The notes under the pieces were generated by a model that had not been told where the DNA came from, ran no database searches, and saw only the letters and a list, made by a program, of their open reading frames with translations. The position numbers and the translations under genes are program-made. A stretch of 64,000 nucleotides of DNA from Chloroflexota bacterium (lineage in GTDB: Bacteria > Chloroflexota > Anaerolineae > J036 > Brachytrichaceae), in the NCBI GenBank assembly GCA_021788625.1, contig JAJYKL010000011.1, forward strand, positions 2,200 through 66,199. Reading direction: 5' to 3'. Positions 38,144 through 46,893 of the stretch are shown here, piece after piece; within the stretch, counting starts at the first letter, position 1; each line of letters opens with the position of its first letter.

Positions 38144-39781
38144 TTACGCTCGCCGCAATAATCCACGTAGCAGCGTCAATTCACGAACACGTAACACAGT
38201 CAGGCAGACCAGATAGACCCCCAAGCCCGCCACGGCTGCGATGATCGCTGTTAGTGCATTGGAGGTGAACTGTGCGCTGCCCACATGATCCTGGATGAGT
38301 GCCATAACCCACCATACCACCAGTCCCATCAAGACTGATGCGGCACAGACTTTCAAGCCCAGTCCAGCAATATCGAAGCCTCGTAGCCCGCCGATCTTGC
38401 GCAAGAGGAAAAATGACATGAGACAGGCGTCCAGACCGGTCTTGAGCGAATTGGCCAAGATCAGATCCGTGAGGGTGAACTCCCGCAGTCCGCGGGTGGA
38501 AAGCGTGTAAAGCACGCCAAGGAGCACGAGGTATGACACCGTGGACAGCACGCCGATCACGGTGGGCGTGCGGGTATCCCGCTGCGCATAGAAGGCGTTT
38601 ATCAGTGGCTGGTCGATTGCGGCGAAGATGAGTTGCGGTACGGCCGCGCGTAAGGCGAGGGCGGTGTAGGTGGTGCTGGCAGGGGTGAAAGCGCCTCGCT
38701 GAAAGAGAAGCGCCACGACTGGCTGTGCCAGCACAAACAGGCCTATCGAGGCAGGCATGATGAGCACCCATACCAGTCGCAAACCTTGAGCCAGCGTATT
38801 CTTGAATGATTCATGCGATGCCTGTCCACCATGCATGGATAGAGCAGGCAGGATCGCCGAGGAGACGGCCACGACGATCATGCCAAGCGGGAACTGGATC
38901 ACCTGTGCAGCGTAGCTCATCGTCGCTGGCCCCTCGGCACCGATGTGCCCTGCCAGCACGTAGCTCACCAGGGCGGCCAGTTGCGCCAGGGCCAATCCGC
39001 CTGCGACGGGCAGGAACAGTCTGATGATCTGGCCAACACCTGGATGATGCCAGTTCAGCGACAGCCGAATGGGTATTCCACGCAGGCCGGGGAGCTGCAT
39101 GAGCACCTGCAGAACGCTACCCAGTAACATTCCAACAGCCAGGGCTGACACACTCAGCCGGCGTTCCAGCAGCACGACGCAGACAATCATCGACAGGTTG
39201 TAGACCGTTGCCGTGAATGCAGTGAAGGCAAACTTGCGACGTGCATACAGCGCGGCTGTCAAGATGCCACTCAGATTCATGAAAATGATGGCGGGTATGG
39301 TGATGCGTAGCAGCGTTGCAACCAGTGGCAGATCCTGGTCAGGGCCACCAGCCAATACGGCAGCCAGGCCACTGGCAAAAATCCAAAGCAGGCCCACCAA
39401 CACCAGTAAAAACAGGCTAACCAACCCGATTAACGCTCCCAGCAACCTGCCGAAATCTGCCAGTCGTTCATCGCGTGCGCGATCACTGACCAGACCACTG
39501 AAGGTGGGCACCAATGCGGAATTGAGCATGCCCCCGATGAGTAAATCGTAGAACTGGCTGGGGGGGTTAGCTGCCAATTGGAAGGCACTGGCCATGATTC
39601 CGTTGCCGAAGTAAAACGATTTAGCTACCTCACGAAACAGCCCGACGATGCGACTGCTCAGATTGCCGATGGAAATAATGGTCGCCGCGCCGGCGATCGA
39701 TGACGGGCTATCGTGGGCTGAAGTAAGTTGGGCTTGAAGATCGCGATCCACCTGTGAGGTCGCTGTGTCGGACGTAATCAT
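38144..39781 (-). CDS. murJ: Lipid II flippase MurJ (MviN family)
   Basis: Fourteen-helix-type protein with SRIVGLFREV and FYAQRDTRTP motifs. I prefer the ATG at 39781 (MITSDTATS...). The track start is 39838. Confidence 0.85.
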   Translation of the reverse strand: MITSDTATSQVDRDLQAQLTSAHDSPSSIAGAATIISIGNLSSRIVGLFREVAKSFYFGNGIMASAFQLAANPPSQFYDLLIGGMLNSALVPTFSGLVSDRARDERLADFGRLLGALIGLVSLFLLVLVGLLWIFASGLAAVLAGGPDQDLPLVATLLRITIPAIIFMNLSGILTAALYARRKFAFTAFTATVYNLSMIVCVVLLERRLSVSALAVGMLLGSVLQVLMQLPGLRGIPIRLSLNWHHPGVGQIIRLFLPVAGGLALAQLAALVSYVLAGHIGAEGPATMSYAAQVIQFPLGMIVVAVSSAILPALSMHGGQASHESFKNTLAQGLRLVWVLIMPASIGLFVLAQPVVALLFQRGAFTPASTTYTALALRAAVPQLIFAAIDQPLINAFYAQRDTRTPTVIGVLSTVSYLVLLGVLYTLSTRGLREFTLTDLILANSLKTGLDACLMSFFLLRKIGGLRGFDIAGLGLKVCAASVLMGLVVWWVMALIQDHVGSAQFTSNALTAIIAAVAGLGVYLVCLTVLRVRELTLLRGLLRRA

Positions 39782-39926
39782 GTCAGGACATTGTACCTGT
39801 GTGAATGCAAGGTTTGGACATGACCCGTCGCAGGCCATATGGCGCGGTCAACTTCTTAAGGTCACATCCGGCAAGCTGTCGGTGATATTGGAGGCTATTA
39901 CTTTCTGTCGCGATGCGGCGGTGGTT

Positions 39927-40502
39927 TTAATGTGAGAAAAAGATCAATGCCATGCGGATTTTTTCTTCCAGGTCCAGTTTTTCACCACGCGGTAGCGACG
40001 CAACCGCTGCCTGCGCTTCGGTTACACTATAACCCAGAGTGGTTAAGGCGCTGATGACTTCGGTATCCAGAGAGCTCAGTGGGGCAGCTGGTGCAGACTC
40101 CAATCCACCCAGTTTTCCCTTTAGTGCGAAGATCACTTTCTCGGCAGTCTTTCTACCAATGCCCGGCACACTTGAGATGACATCCACCCGATCGCCGACA
40201 ATGGCTGCACGCAAGGTTTCAGGCTGAAGTTTGCTTAACATCGCAAGAGCAGTCCGCGGCCCGACGCCAGACACACCCAACAATATTTGAAACAGGGTTA
40301 CTTCTTCCTCGCTGGAGAAACCGTAGAGCGACAATTCGTCTTCACGCACAATTAGGTGCGTGTGCAGGTCGGCTGTACGACCGATATCGAGCATGTCCAG
40401 GGCCGCCTGAGTACACGCTACCCTAAATCCTACGCCACCGACATCCACAACCGCGAGTGGTGGTTTGATGCTGAGAATGGTTCCACGTAACCTTGAAATC
40501 AT
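39927..40502 (-). CDS. ruvA: Holliday junction DNA helicase subunit RuvA
   Basis: MISRLRGTILSIKPPLAVVDVGGVGFRV. HhH motifs LLGVSGVGPRTALAML and VPGIGRKTAEKV. Confidence 0.9.
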   Translation of the reverse strand: MISRLRGTILSIKPPLAVVDVGGVGFRVACTQAALDMLDIGRTADLHTHLIVREDELSLYGFSSEEEVTLFQILLGVSGVGPRTALAMLSKLQPETLRAAIVGDRVDVISSVPGIGRKTAEKVIFALKGKLGGLESAPAAPLSSLDTEVISALTTLGYSVTEAQAAVASLPRGEKLDLEEKIRMALIFFSH

Positions 40503-40652
40503 GGATCAGACTCATCGCCCGAGTGCTCGACGATACCCGGCCTTTTTATTTGGTGCGACACCTGTCTTGCCGCCGCAGGATGCGCGACTTGACATCAGGA
40601 TTTTAATGCCATGGCTGGAAACTATGCTGTGGCGGTTGCGGTAAACCGGTTG

Positions 40653-41168
40653 CTAAAGAGGTGGCGTTTGCTCAACCTTATCGCTCAGACGATTGTAACG
40701 TGCAGCGTGCAGGTGTGTGATCGCAATGGCGAGCGCATCAGCCGCGTCATCGGGTCGGGGTAATTGGTCCAAAGAAAGCAGCATTTGTACGGTAAGTTGG
40801 ATTTGTTTCTTGTCCGCCTGGCCATAACCTGTAATAGCCTGCTTCACTTGCAAGGGCGTGTATTCTGCTATGGGTATACCACTTTCATGCAAGGTCACCA
40901 GAACGACGCCGCGCGCTTCGCCGACTGTCATCGCCGTCTTGAGGTTACTGGCGAAAAACAGCGTTTCGACTGCCGATTCGGTGGGCCGCCATTCCTGTAC
41001 CAGAGCCATCAACTGCTGGCGCAGCGAATACAGTCGCTCGGGCAGCACATCCGTTTTCGAGGTCAGCAGGGTGCCATAGGTCAGCGTGGTGAGCCGGCCA
41101 TCTGGAGCTTCGCGGATCAAGCCGTACCCGGTCGTCGCAATGCCAGGATCGATGCCCAGCACGATCAT
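40653..41168 (-). CDS. ruvC: Crossover junction endodeoxyribonuclease RuvC
   Basis: MIVLGIDPGIATTGYGLI and DAADALAIAITH motifs. The start overlaps the yebC stop (ATGA). Confidence 0.9.
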   Translation of the reverse strand: MIVLGIDPGIATTGYGLIREAPDGRLTTLTYGTLLTSKTDVLPERLYSLRQQLMALVQEWRPTESAVETLFFASNLKTAMTVGEARGVVLVTLHESGIPIAEYTPLQVKQAITGYGQADKKQIQLTVQMLLSLDQLPRPDDAADALAIAITHLHAARYNRLSDKVEQTPPL

Positions 41169-41923
41169 GCGGCTTCCATATGCGAGAGCACTTCATCGCT
41201 GATTTCCAGGTTGGAGTACACCTGCTGTACATCGTCAAGGTCTTCCAGGGTTTCGATCACACCCAGCACCTGCCGGGTGTCTTCCGGGCTGAGTTGCGTT
41301 TGGGTAGTGGGCACCATGGAAAGCTCCGCCGTGGCAAGCTGGTAACCTTTCTTGAGCAAGGCTTCACGCACTCCGCGGAAGCTGTCTATATCCGTGTAAA
41401 TCTCAATCGTGTCGTCGCCCGTCACAACATCTTCAGCGCCTGATTCAACAGCCACTTCAAATACATCGTCGGAATTAACTTTGTCAGTGCGTTCCAATAC
41501 GATGTAGCCTTTACGGTTGAATTGCCAGGCTACAGAGCTGCCTTCGCCAAGTTGACCACCGGATCGCTGAAGCATGCGCCTTATCTCAGCGACCGTACGG
41601 TTTCGATTATCGGTGAGGACCTTGATCATCAAGGGTACTTTGTGTGGGCCATAGCCCTCGTACATTAGCTCCTCGTAATTAACCGCCCCGTCGCCCTGAC
41701 CCGTGGCGCGGGCGATGGCGCGCTCGACGTTTTCCTTCGGCATATTGGCGGCGCGGGCCTTATCAACTGCCAGCCGCAGGCGGAAGTTGCTTTCCTGATC
41801 ACCGCCCCCTTCTCGGGCGGCTACGGTAATCTCTCTAAGCAGACGAGTAAATAAGGCGCCACGCTTGGCGTCGTTAGCGCCCTTCGCACGCTTTATCGTG
41901 GCCCATTTTGAATGACCTGACAT
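41165..41923 (-). CDS. yebC: YebC/PmpR-family DNA-binding regulator
   Basis: MSGHSKWATIKRAKGANDAKRGALFTRL... matches the family throughout. Confidence 0.9.
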   Translation of the reverse strand: MSGHSKWATIKRAKGANDAKRGALFTRLLREITVAAREGGGDQESNFRLRLAVDKARAANMPKENVERAIARATGQGDGAVNYEELMYEGYGPHKVPLMIKVLTDNRNRTVAEIRRMLQRSGGQLGEGSSVAWQFNRKGYIVLERTDKVNSDDVFEVAVESGAEDVVTGDDTIEIYTDIDSFRGVREALLKKGYQLATAELSMVPTTQTQLSPEDTRQVLGVIETLEDLDDVQQVYSNLEISDEVLSHMEAA

Positions 41924-42318
41924 GACTCTTACCTCACTCGATCAACGTGGTTGGCTCGACACTTTACTTAAGAGTCGATTTGATGAATTTAAATTATAAC
42001 CTGCAATAAGCCGTCGCAAAGCAAGACCCATTACCAGTAGTCATAGTGGCACGTGTGTCGACCCATCCTTTATGCCAAGTCTGTAGCCCCAGCATAACTT
42101 TCGGCGCATAACGAATCCAGACTTTGGCAATGGTATGTACTACCAATGCACTGTCATAACCATTCCGTCGGGTTATTTATTACCAGGAAGTTTTGTTTTT
42201 CGTGTCTTTCAAAGTCGATGAGTTCCTGCAGCATGTCAGGGAGACACGCACTGCGATTTGACGGTCAGTTTTCATGGTCTGGGTGCAGGCGACTAACTGT
42301 TGTGTCGAATTCACTACT

Positions 42319-43470
42319 CTAGGTGTTACCACCCAGGCTTAAGCGGCCACCTGTAGAACGAACAGCATGCTGGAACAGGTCGTCATCCAGCTCGATTCCA
42401 AAGCCCGCGTGAGGAGGTACATTGCAGCGACCGTTCTCGATGCTATAGCCAGGCGCAGACAGACCGGGAATGTCAGTCTCATCCCACTCTACTGCCGCAA
42501 AGTGCTTAATCGCTGCGGCGAGGTGGCAGGCAGCATAATTACCGTACCCGTTACCGTAATGATGAGGCGCACTGAGCACCTCCCAGGCATCGAGTTGGCG
42601 CCCGGTGCGCAGCCAGCGCGTGAAACCATGGCCGAGGATGTCGTATTGAATGGCTCCTACAAGTCCCTGGTGAGCCCATTCCAGCAAGCGCGTGCTTGCC
42701 TCACCTTCACCATCAGCGATAAGTGTCCGTAGTCCGCGCTTCACCATCCAACCCTTCAAGTCCCGGTAGAGCTCGCCGTCTTCATGGAAAGGTTCCTCAA
42801 GCCAGAATATGTCACAGTCGTGCGTTGCATCCAGCACATCCTTGGCCAGGTTAAGGTTGTAGCCGTTGTTGGCGTCGAGCATCAGAGTGGCTTGCGAGCC
42901 GGTGGTCTCGCGCACTGCACGGATGACAGCGATGTCGCGAGCTGTACCCGCTGCCAGAGGCATATGTCGCGCGCCGCGCCCGATCTTTACTTTGAAAGCG
43001 CGATGACCACGAGCCAGTCCCTGGCGAACCTCATCGGCCATCAACTGACTCGCCGCTTCGTCGGTGGTCTGTTCCAGGTCATCGATATACAGGCTGGTGT
43101 CGTAGCACGGGGCGCTTAAACTGGTTATTGGTGTGCGACCTGTTATCTGTGCGGCCGCGACATAAACTGGCTGACCGGTTCGCTTGCAATGGAGGTCCCA
43201 TAAGGGATAGTCAAAATCCAGCCATGCTTCTGCAACGCCCTGATCGGATAGAAATAGCTGGTTCAACTCCATACCCAATATACGCTGCGCCTTCTCGCCC
43301 TTTGCCCATGAAGCGCCAACGCCCTGCATGCCGTCGCTGTCGGTTACGCGCACGATAGGCACACGTGTGATCCCACCATGTACGCCCAGGCGAGCGTTGC
43401 ACCCGGCGCTACGTGGCCGGTGACCTTCGAGCGTAGCCCATTCGACGCTTGTGATATGTGTTACTCCCAT
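42319..43470 (-). CDS. Enolase-superfamily enzyme (mandelate racemase/muconate lactonizing type, probable acid-sugar dehydratase)
   Basis: KxK motif AFKVKIG. Metal ligands in LMLDANNGY, FWLEEPF and IADGE. The ATG at 43470 is preceded by AGGAG at 7 nt. The track start at 43488 is TTG. Confidence 0.8.
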   Translation of the reverse strand: MGVTHITSVEWATLEGHRPRSAGCNARLGVHGGITRVPIVRVTDSDGMQGVGASWAKGEKAQRILGMELNQLFLSDQGVAEAWLDFDYPLWDLHCKRTGQPVYVAAAQITGRTPITSLSAPCYDTSLYIDDLEQTTDEAASQLMADEVRQGLARGHRAFKVKIGRGARHMPLAAGTARDIAVIRAVRETTGSQATLMLDANNGYNLNLAKDVLDATHDCDIFWLEEPFHEDGELYRDLKGWMVKRGLRTLIADGEGEASTRLLEWAHQGLVGAIQYDILGHGFTRWLRTGRQLDAWEVLSAPHHYGNGYGNYAACHLAAAIKHFAAVEWDETDIPGLSAPGYSIENGRCNVPPHAGFGIELDDDLFQHAVRSTGGRLSLGGNT

Positions 43471-43954
43471 ACCGGCTCCTGTGCACAATATCTACATCAG
43501 CTCCAACTTGCCGTCGCATTCCAGACAACCAACCGCTGCGGCAATGTACTATTAGCACGTTTCCTCGCATTTCGTGTGGTTGACCCAGCTTATGTTGATA
43601 CGGTTATAGCATGACCCCAAGTAGTACATGTTCTGCTATGCCATGAGCTATTACGCCAGACCGCTCCCAACAGGCGGGTAGGGCAGACTCTGGAGGACAT
43701 AAGAACGGATTCGACTCGAGAGCAGCAATATCCATCATCGCCATGCTGGCAGCCGTAAAACACCTGTATGTGATCATTTTCTGTTTTGAGATGATCCTGA
43801 AGTTTTACGCGCTATCCCAGTGACATCGCGAGCTGGAGCGCACCAGTGCTTGCCGTGGTTTTGCATGCCATATGTGGTACGAATGGGCTGCATTAGCTGC
43901 CTGCCAGGTGCCTCACCATTTTCATCCGTATATTGTTTACGCGGATTGTCTGAG

Positions 43955-44404
43955 CTAGTAGGTGTCGTCTGCCATAGGCGCGGGTGGGGGTGAACGTTTC
44001 ACGAGGTTTCGGGCCAGGTAGACCATAGCCGCTTCACGCACGAGTGCAGCGTTCAAGGGCGCGTGGAATTGCAGCTCCAGGCGTTCGGCCAGGGCGATCA
44101 TTTCGGCGTGCGTGGCACGGCCAGGCCGCAATGTTTCATACATGCGCAAAAGCTCGTCGTTGGGTACTGCAGTAAGCTCTGCTGCGCGCTCCAGGTTCTC
44201 GGCCAGTTGTGTAAAGCCGCCCTCGCGCGCAAACCGTGCCTGCATCAGAAGCGTATCCGGTTTGATCAACAGATCGGCGCCATTCAGCTCTCCCCTCGCT
44301 ATCGCCTCAAGCGTGATGTCTTTGATCTTGCGTCCACTGGCAGCCATTACCTCTGTTCCAGCATCTTCACCCAGCGGATAGGTTGGTTGATTGTTCTTGG
44401 TCAT
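43955..44404 (-). CDS. pduE: B12-dependent diol/glycerol dehydratase small (gamma) subunit
   Basis: YPLGED...GRKIKDITLEAIARGELNGADLLIKPDTLLMQARFAREGG...NLERAAELTAVPNDELLRMYETLRPGRAT... aligns along its length with my recollection of PduE. Confidence 0.85.
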   Translation of the reverse strand: MTKNNQPTYPLGEDAGTEVMAASGRKIKDITLEAIARGELNGADLLIKPDTLLMQARFAREGGFTQLAENLERAAELTAVPNDELLRMYETLRPGRATHAEMIALAERLELQFHAPLNAALVREAAMVYLARNLVKRSPPPAPMADDTY

Positions 44405-44481
44405 GGATATTCGTTTAATCAGACCGTCTGGTTCGTTTGACGGTGGTTAGCATGATCCATCTCTGGCTCACACCAGATGGC

Positions 44482-46749
44482 TCACACGTCCGGTTCCCAG
44501 TCAAAGAACATTTCCATAGGCGGTTTATCACGAACCTCTTCTGTCTCGCGGCGGTGCAGCAGTGCCGTCTTCACGATCAGACGCAAGCGAGCCCAGTTGT
44601 CCACCTGGACCGGAACGGGGCGTACGGCTTCGCCCTTGGCGTAGCGTGCAGCGTTGCGCCCGATGGCCTCATAGATCTCAAGTGTCAGGCTGGGTGACTG
44701 TGGGAACAGCTCCAGGTTGTTCAGGCGGGCCAGGCCGCGCTTATGAATCACAGTCGTTCCTCTAGATTGCAACCCAATGGCAATACCCGACCCGCTTAGT
44801 GCAGTGCCTGTGTAGCCAATGTATGCCAGGTCGGAACTCTGGTACACCTTAACGATGCGCGCCGTGAGCCCCTCCCGGGCGACGCCGGTGAGAATGGCTT
44901 CCAGGACCTTCTCATGGTCCACGCCGTTGATCGTTCGGGTGAGCGCGGTGCCGAATCCCGGTCCGACAGCGACGATGACCTCGCTGTGCCTGGATTCCTT
45001 CGCAGCGCCCAACTCCACTAATCGCTCACAGCGACCACTTACCTGGTCCTTGATAAATTCGCGCGGTGACTTTACTTGTGGAAGGCGCTGCATCTCCTTC
45101 CAGCGTTCTTCACTCATGTGGTAACCCGTTCCGGGGCCTGCATAGTCGTTTACGTCGTTGATGGCACTGAGCACGTGATAGCGTGGCTGTGTTAGTTCCA
45201 GGTGCGGGATCGGCATAAAGATGGCGGCAGGTTGCAGGTAGTCGCCGATGACCCGCTGACGGCCCATTTCCAGGATGGCTGCTGCCGTCTGAGTGAAACC
45301 ACGTTGTTGCAGCGCTCCAACGATATCCAGCATGGATTGGCTGCCAGCCAGGAAGCGGTCGGCAGCGGACAGATCAGCCACCACGTCTCGCGCTGGCATG
45401 TCATCGCTGGAATGACCCAGCACTGCCGCTTCGACTTCCTCGTCTGTTATAGGTGGGAAGCCCAGTGCAGCATACACAGCCTGAATGGCCAGGACTCCCT
45501 GACGGCGTATGCCAATCGCCTGCTCCTCGGTAATAGGACGCACTCCCCCGTCGATCTGCATGTCACGCTGTAAAACATTGTAGTCGTCGAAGTCCTCGGC
45601 ATCAAAGTTGCCACCGCCAAACAGGTTATCACGCTTGGGTACAGCAGAATATCCGGAAAATATGAAATCGGTGCCGGGGATGAACTGGAGCATCAGTTTG
45701 GCCGACTTACGGATGGCAGAATGAGAAGCCAAAGCATCGTTCCCGGACGCGACCTCAAGACCCAGCATGGACGCAAGCAAGTTTTCAGCCAGTACTGCAC
45801 GCACGCCACCTGGCAGCGATTCGGGAAGTGCGATGCACGAAATGGAGCCGTTCTGTACACCCTGGCTTCCCGCACCGCGCGTGATTAACAGGCAACGCGC
45901 CTCCAGGTACAACATGGAGCGACCCTCCGCATGCCCCATGAGGGCTTCGGACCCGGTGCCCGAAGTGAAACGGATCTTCACCCCGCGTGAGGCGTAGGCG
46001 GCAGACAGAAACGCCTTGGACCAGGGAGTATCGTCGCCATCCACAAAGGTGCCTTCGGTGCCATATACGGAAAGTGTCTCGGCGTAGCTGGTGAGCCCCT
46101 TCAGGGCGATGCGCAGGCCCAACGACTCCTCAACAGAGCATTGTGTGAGCACTCCCCCGCGACCGGTTTGTGAGCCAATCTGGATGGCCAGCGCGTTGAG
46201 CGGTGCGAAGCGAGCCACACCAACGGTGGTCTCGATCTCAGCGAATCCGCGCAAGGCGGCCTCCGCCGCATCAGCAGCCAGCAAAGCAGGATGCTCGCGC
46301 TTATTGGTGACATGTGCTTGATTTGCTGGTGTGCGACGTACGCGCATCTTAGCCAGGCCGATCATCATCTCCAGCACATTCATATAACGGATCACATCAC
46401 AGAGCTTGGCTGGCGTACAACCCGCCACCAGGCGCCGGATGCGGGAGGCCGGTACATTAATATCGACCAGCATTCGTGCGAGGTTTCGCGAGGGGCTAGC
46501 CATCGCCTCCTCAGCCACGTTCAGGTCGATGGCGTGGTCGGCGATAAAAAAATCCAGCGCATCGAAGTCGGCGCGCTGTTTACCATCCAGCTCCACGATC
46601 TGGTGTTGCGCAGAGTCGATCCGCAGGCTAGGTTGCGGGTCAAAGGGACTATCGGTAACAATCAGGCCTGCTTCTGGCCAGGGCTCGACGAACGTTTCCT
46701 TATTGATGTCACGTTCGGCCAGGATGGCGAAGCGTTTCGATCCAGTCAT
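44482..46749 (-). CDS. B12-dependent diol/glycerol dehydratase, fused large (alpha) and medium (beta) subunits
   Basis: aa 1-550 match PduC throughout (SKRFAILAERDINKETFVEPW, RRTPANQAHVTN, ETTVGVARFAPLNA, VLTQCSVEE, GDDTPWSKAFL, MLYLEARC, DFDDYNVLQRD, NDVNDYAGPGTGY). The C-terminal 200 aa or so match PduD (VIVAVGPGFG, SGSGIAIGLQSRGTTVIHKRGL, NLELFPQSP, NAARYAKGE). No stop between them. Confidence 0.9.
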   Translation of the reverse strand: MTGSKRFAILAERDINKETFVEPWPEAGLIVTDSPFDPQPSLRIDSAQHQIVELDGKQRADFDALDFFIADHAIDLNVAEEAMASPSRNLARMLVDINVPASRIRRLVAGCTPAKLCDVIRYMNVLEMMIGLAKMRVRRTPANQAHVTNKREHPALLAADAAEAALRGFAEIETTVGVARFAPLNALAIQIGSQTGRGGVLTQCSVEESLGLRIALKGLTSYAETLSVYGTEGTFVDGDDTPWSKAFLSAAYASRGVKIRFTSGTGSEALMGHAEGRSMLYLEARCLLITRGAGSQGVQNGSISCIALPESLPGGVRAVLAENLLASMLGLEVASGNDALASHSAIRKSAKLMLQFIPGTDFIFSGYSAVPKRDNLFGGGNFDAEDFDDYNVLQRDMQIDGGVRPITEEQAIGIRRQGVLAIQAVYAALGFPPITDEEVEAAVLGHSSDDMPARDVVADLSAADRFLAGSQSMLDIVGALQQRGFTQTAAAILEMGRQRVIGDYLQPAAIFMPIPHLELTQPRYHVLSAINDVNDYAGPGTGYHMSEERWKEMQRLPQVKSPREFIKDQVSGRCERLVELGAAKESRHSEVIVAVGPGFGTALTRTINGVDHEKVLEAILTGVAREGLTARIVKVYQSSDLAYIGYTGTALSGSGIAIGLQSRGTTVIHKRGLARLNNLELFPQSPSLTLEIYEAIGRNAARYAKGEAVRPVPVQVDNWARLRLIVKTALLHRRETEEVRDKPPMEMFFDWEPDV

Positions 46750-46818
46750 AGGTCGATCATTATCGTTGATATAGATCCCCTCTGCGACAGGTTCGCATGC
46801 TCAGGCAGGAACCGGGCA

Positions 46819-46881
46819 GGGCAATCAGTCAGGGAGCGAAATACCGCGCTGTGCAGCGAGCTCAAGTCCGGCTGATTGCCC
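46819..46881. other. Perfect 10-bp inverted repeat with a 43-nt loop, between the M20 peptidase stop and the dehydratase start
   Basis: gggcaatcag (46819-46828) pairs with ctgattgccc (46872-46881). The loop contains the short internal pairing agcg/cgct. Confidence 0.4.
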
Positions 46882-46893
46882 CCACCGATTCAT

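Noticed and set aside
38181-38771. A 196-aa minus-strand ORF in an alternative frame within murJ.
   Set aside because: It is an out-of-frame overlap with murJ, extremely Arg/His/Pro-rich as expected for an off-frame reading of a GC-rich membrane-protein gene.
46750-46893. A cobalamin riboswitch upstream of the B12-dependent dehydratase.
   Set aside because: I saw no convincing B12-box. The spacer is only 144 nt, and B12-dependent enzymes are not the usual targets of B12-repressing riboswitches. The inverted repeat is retained as a separate low-interest observation.
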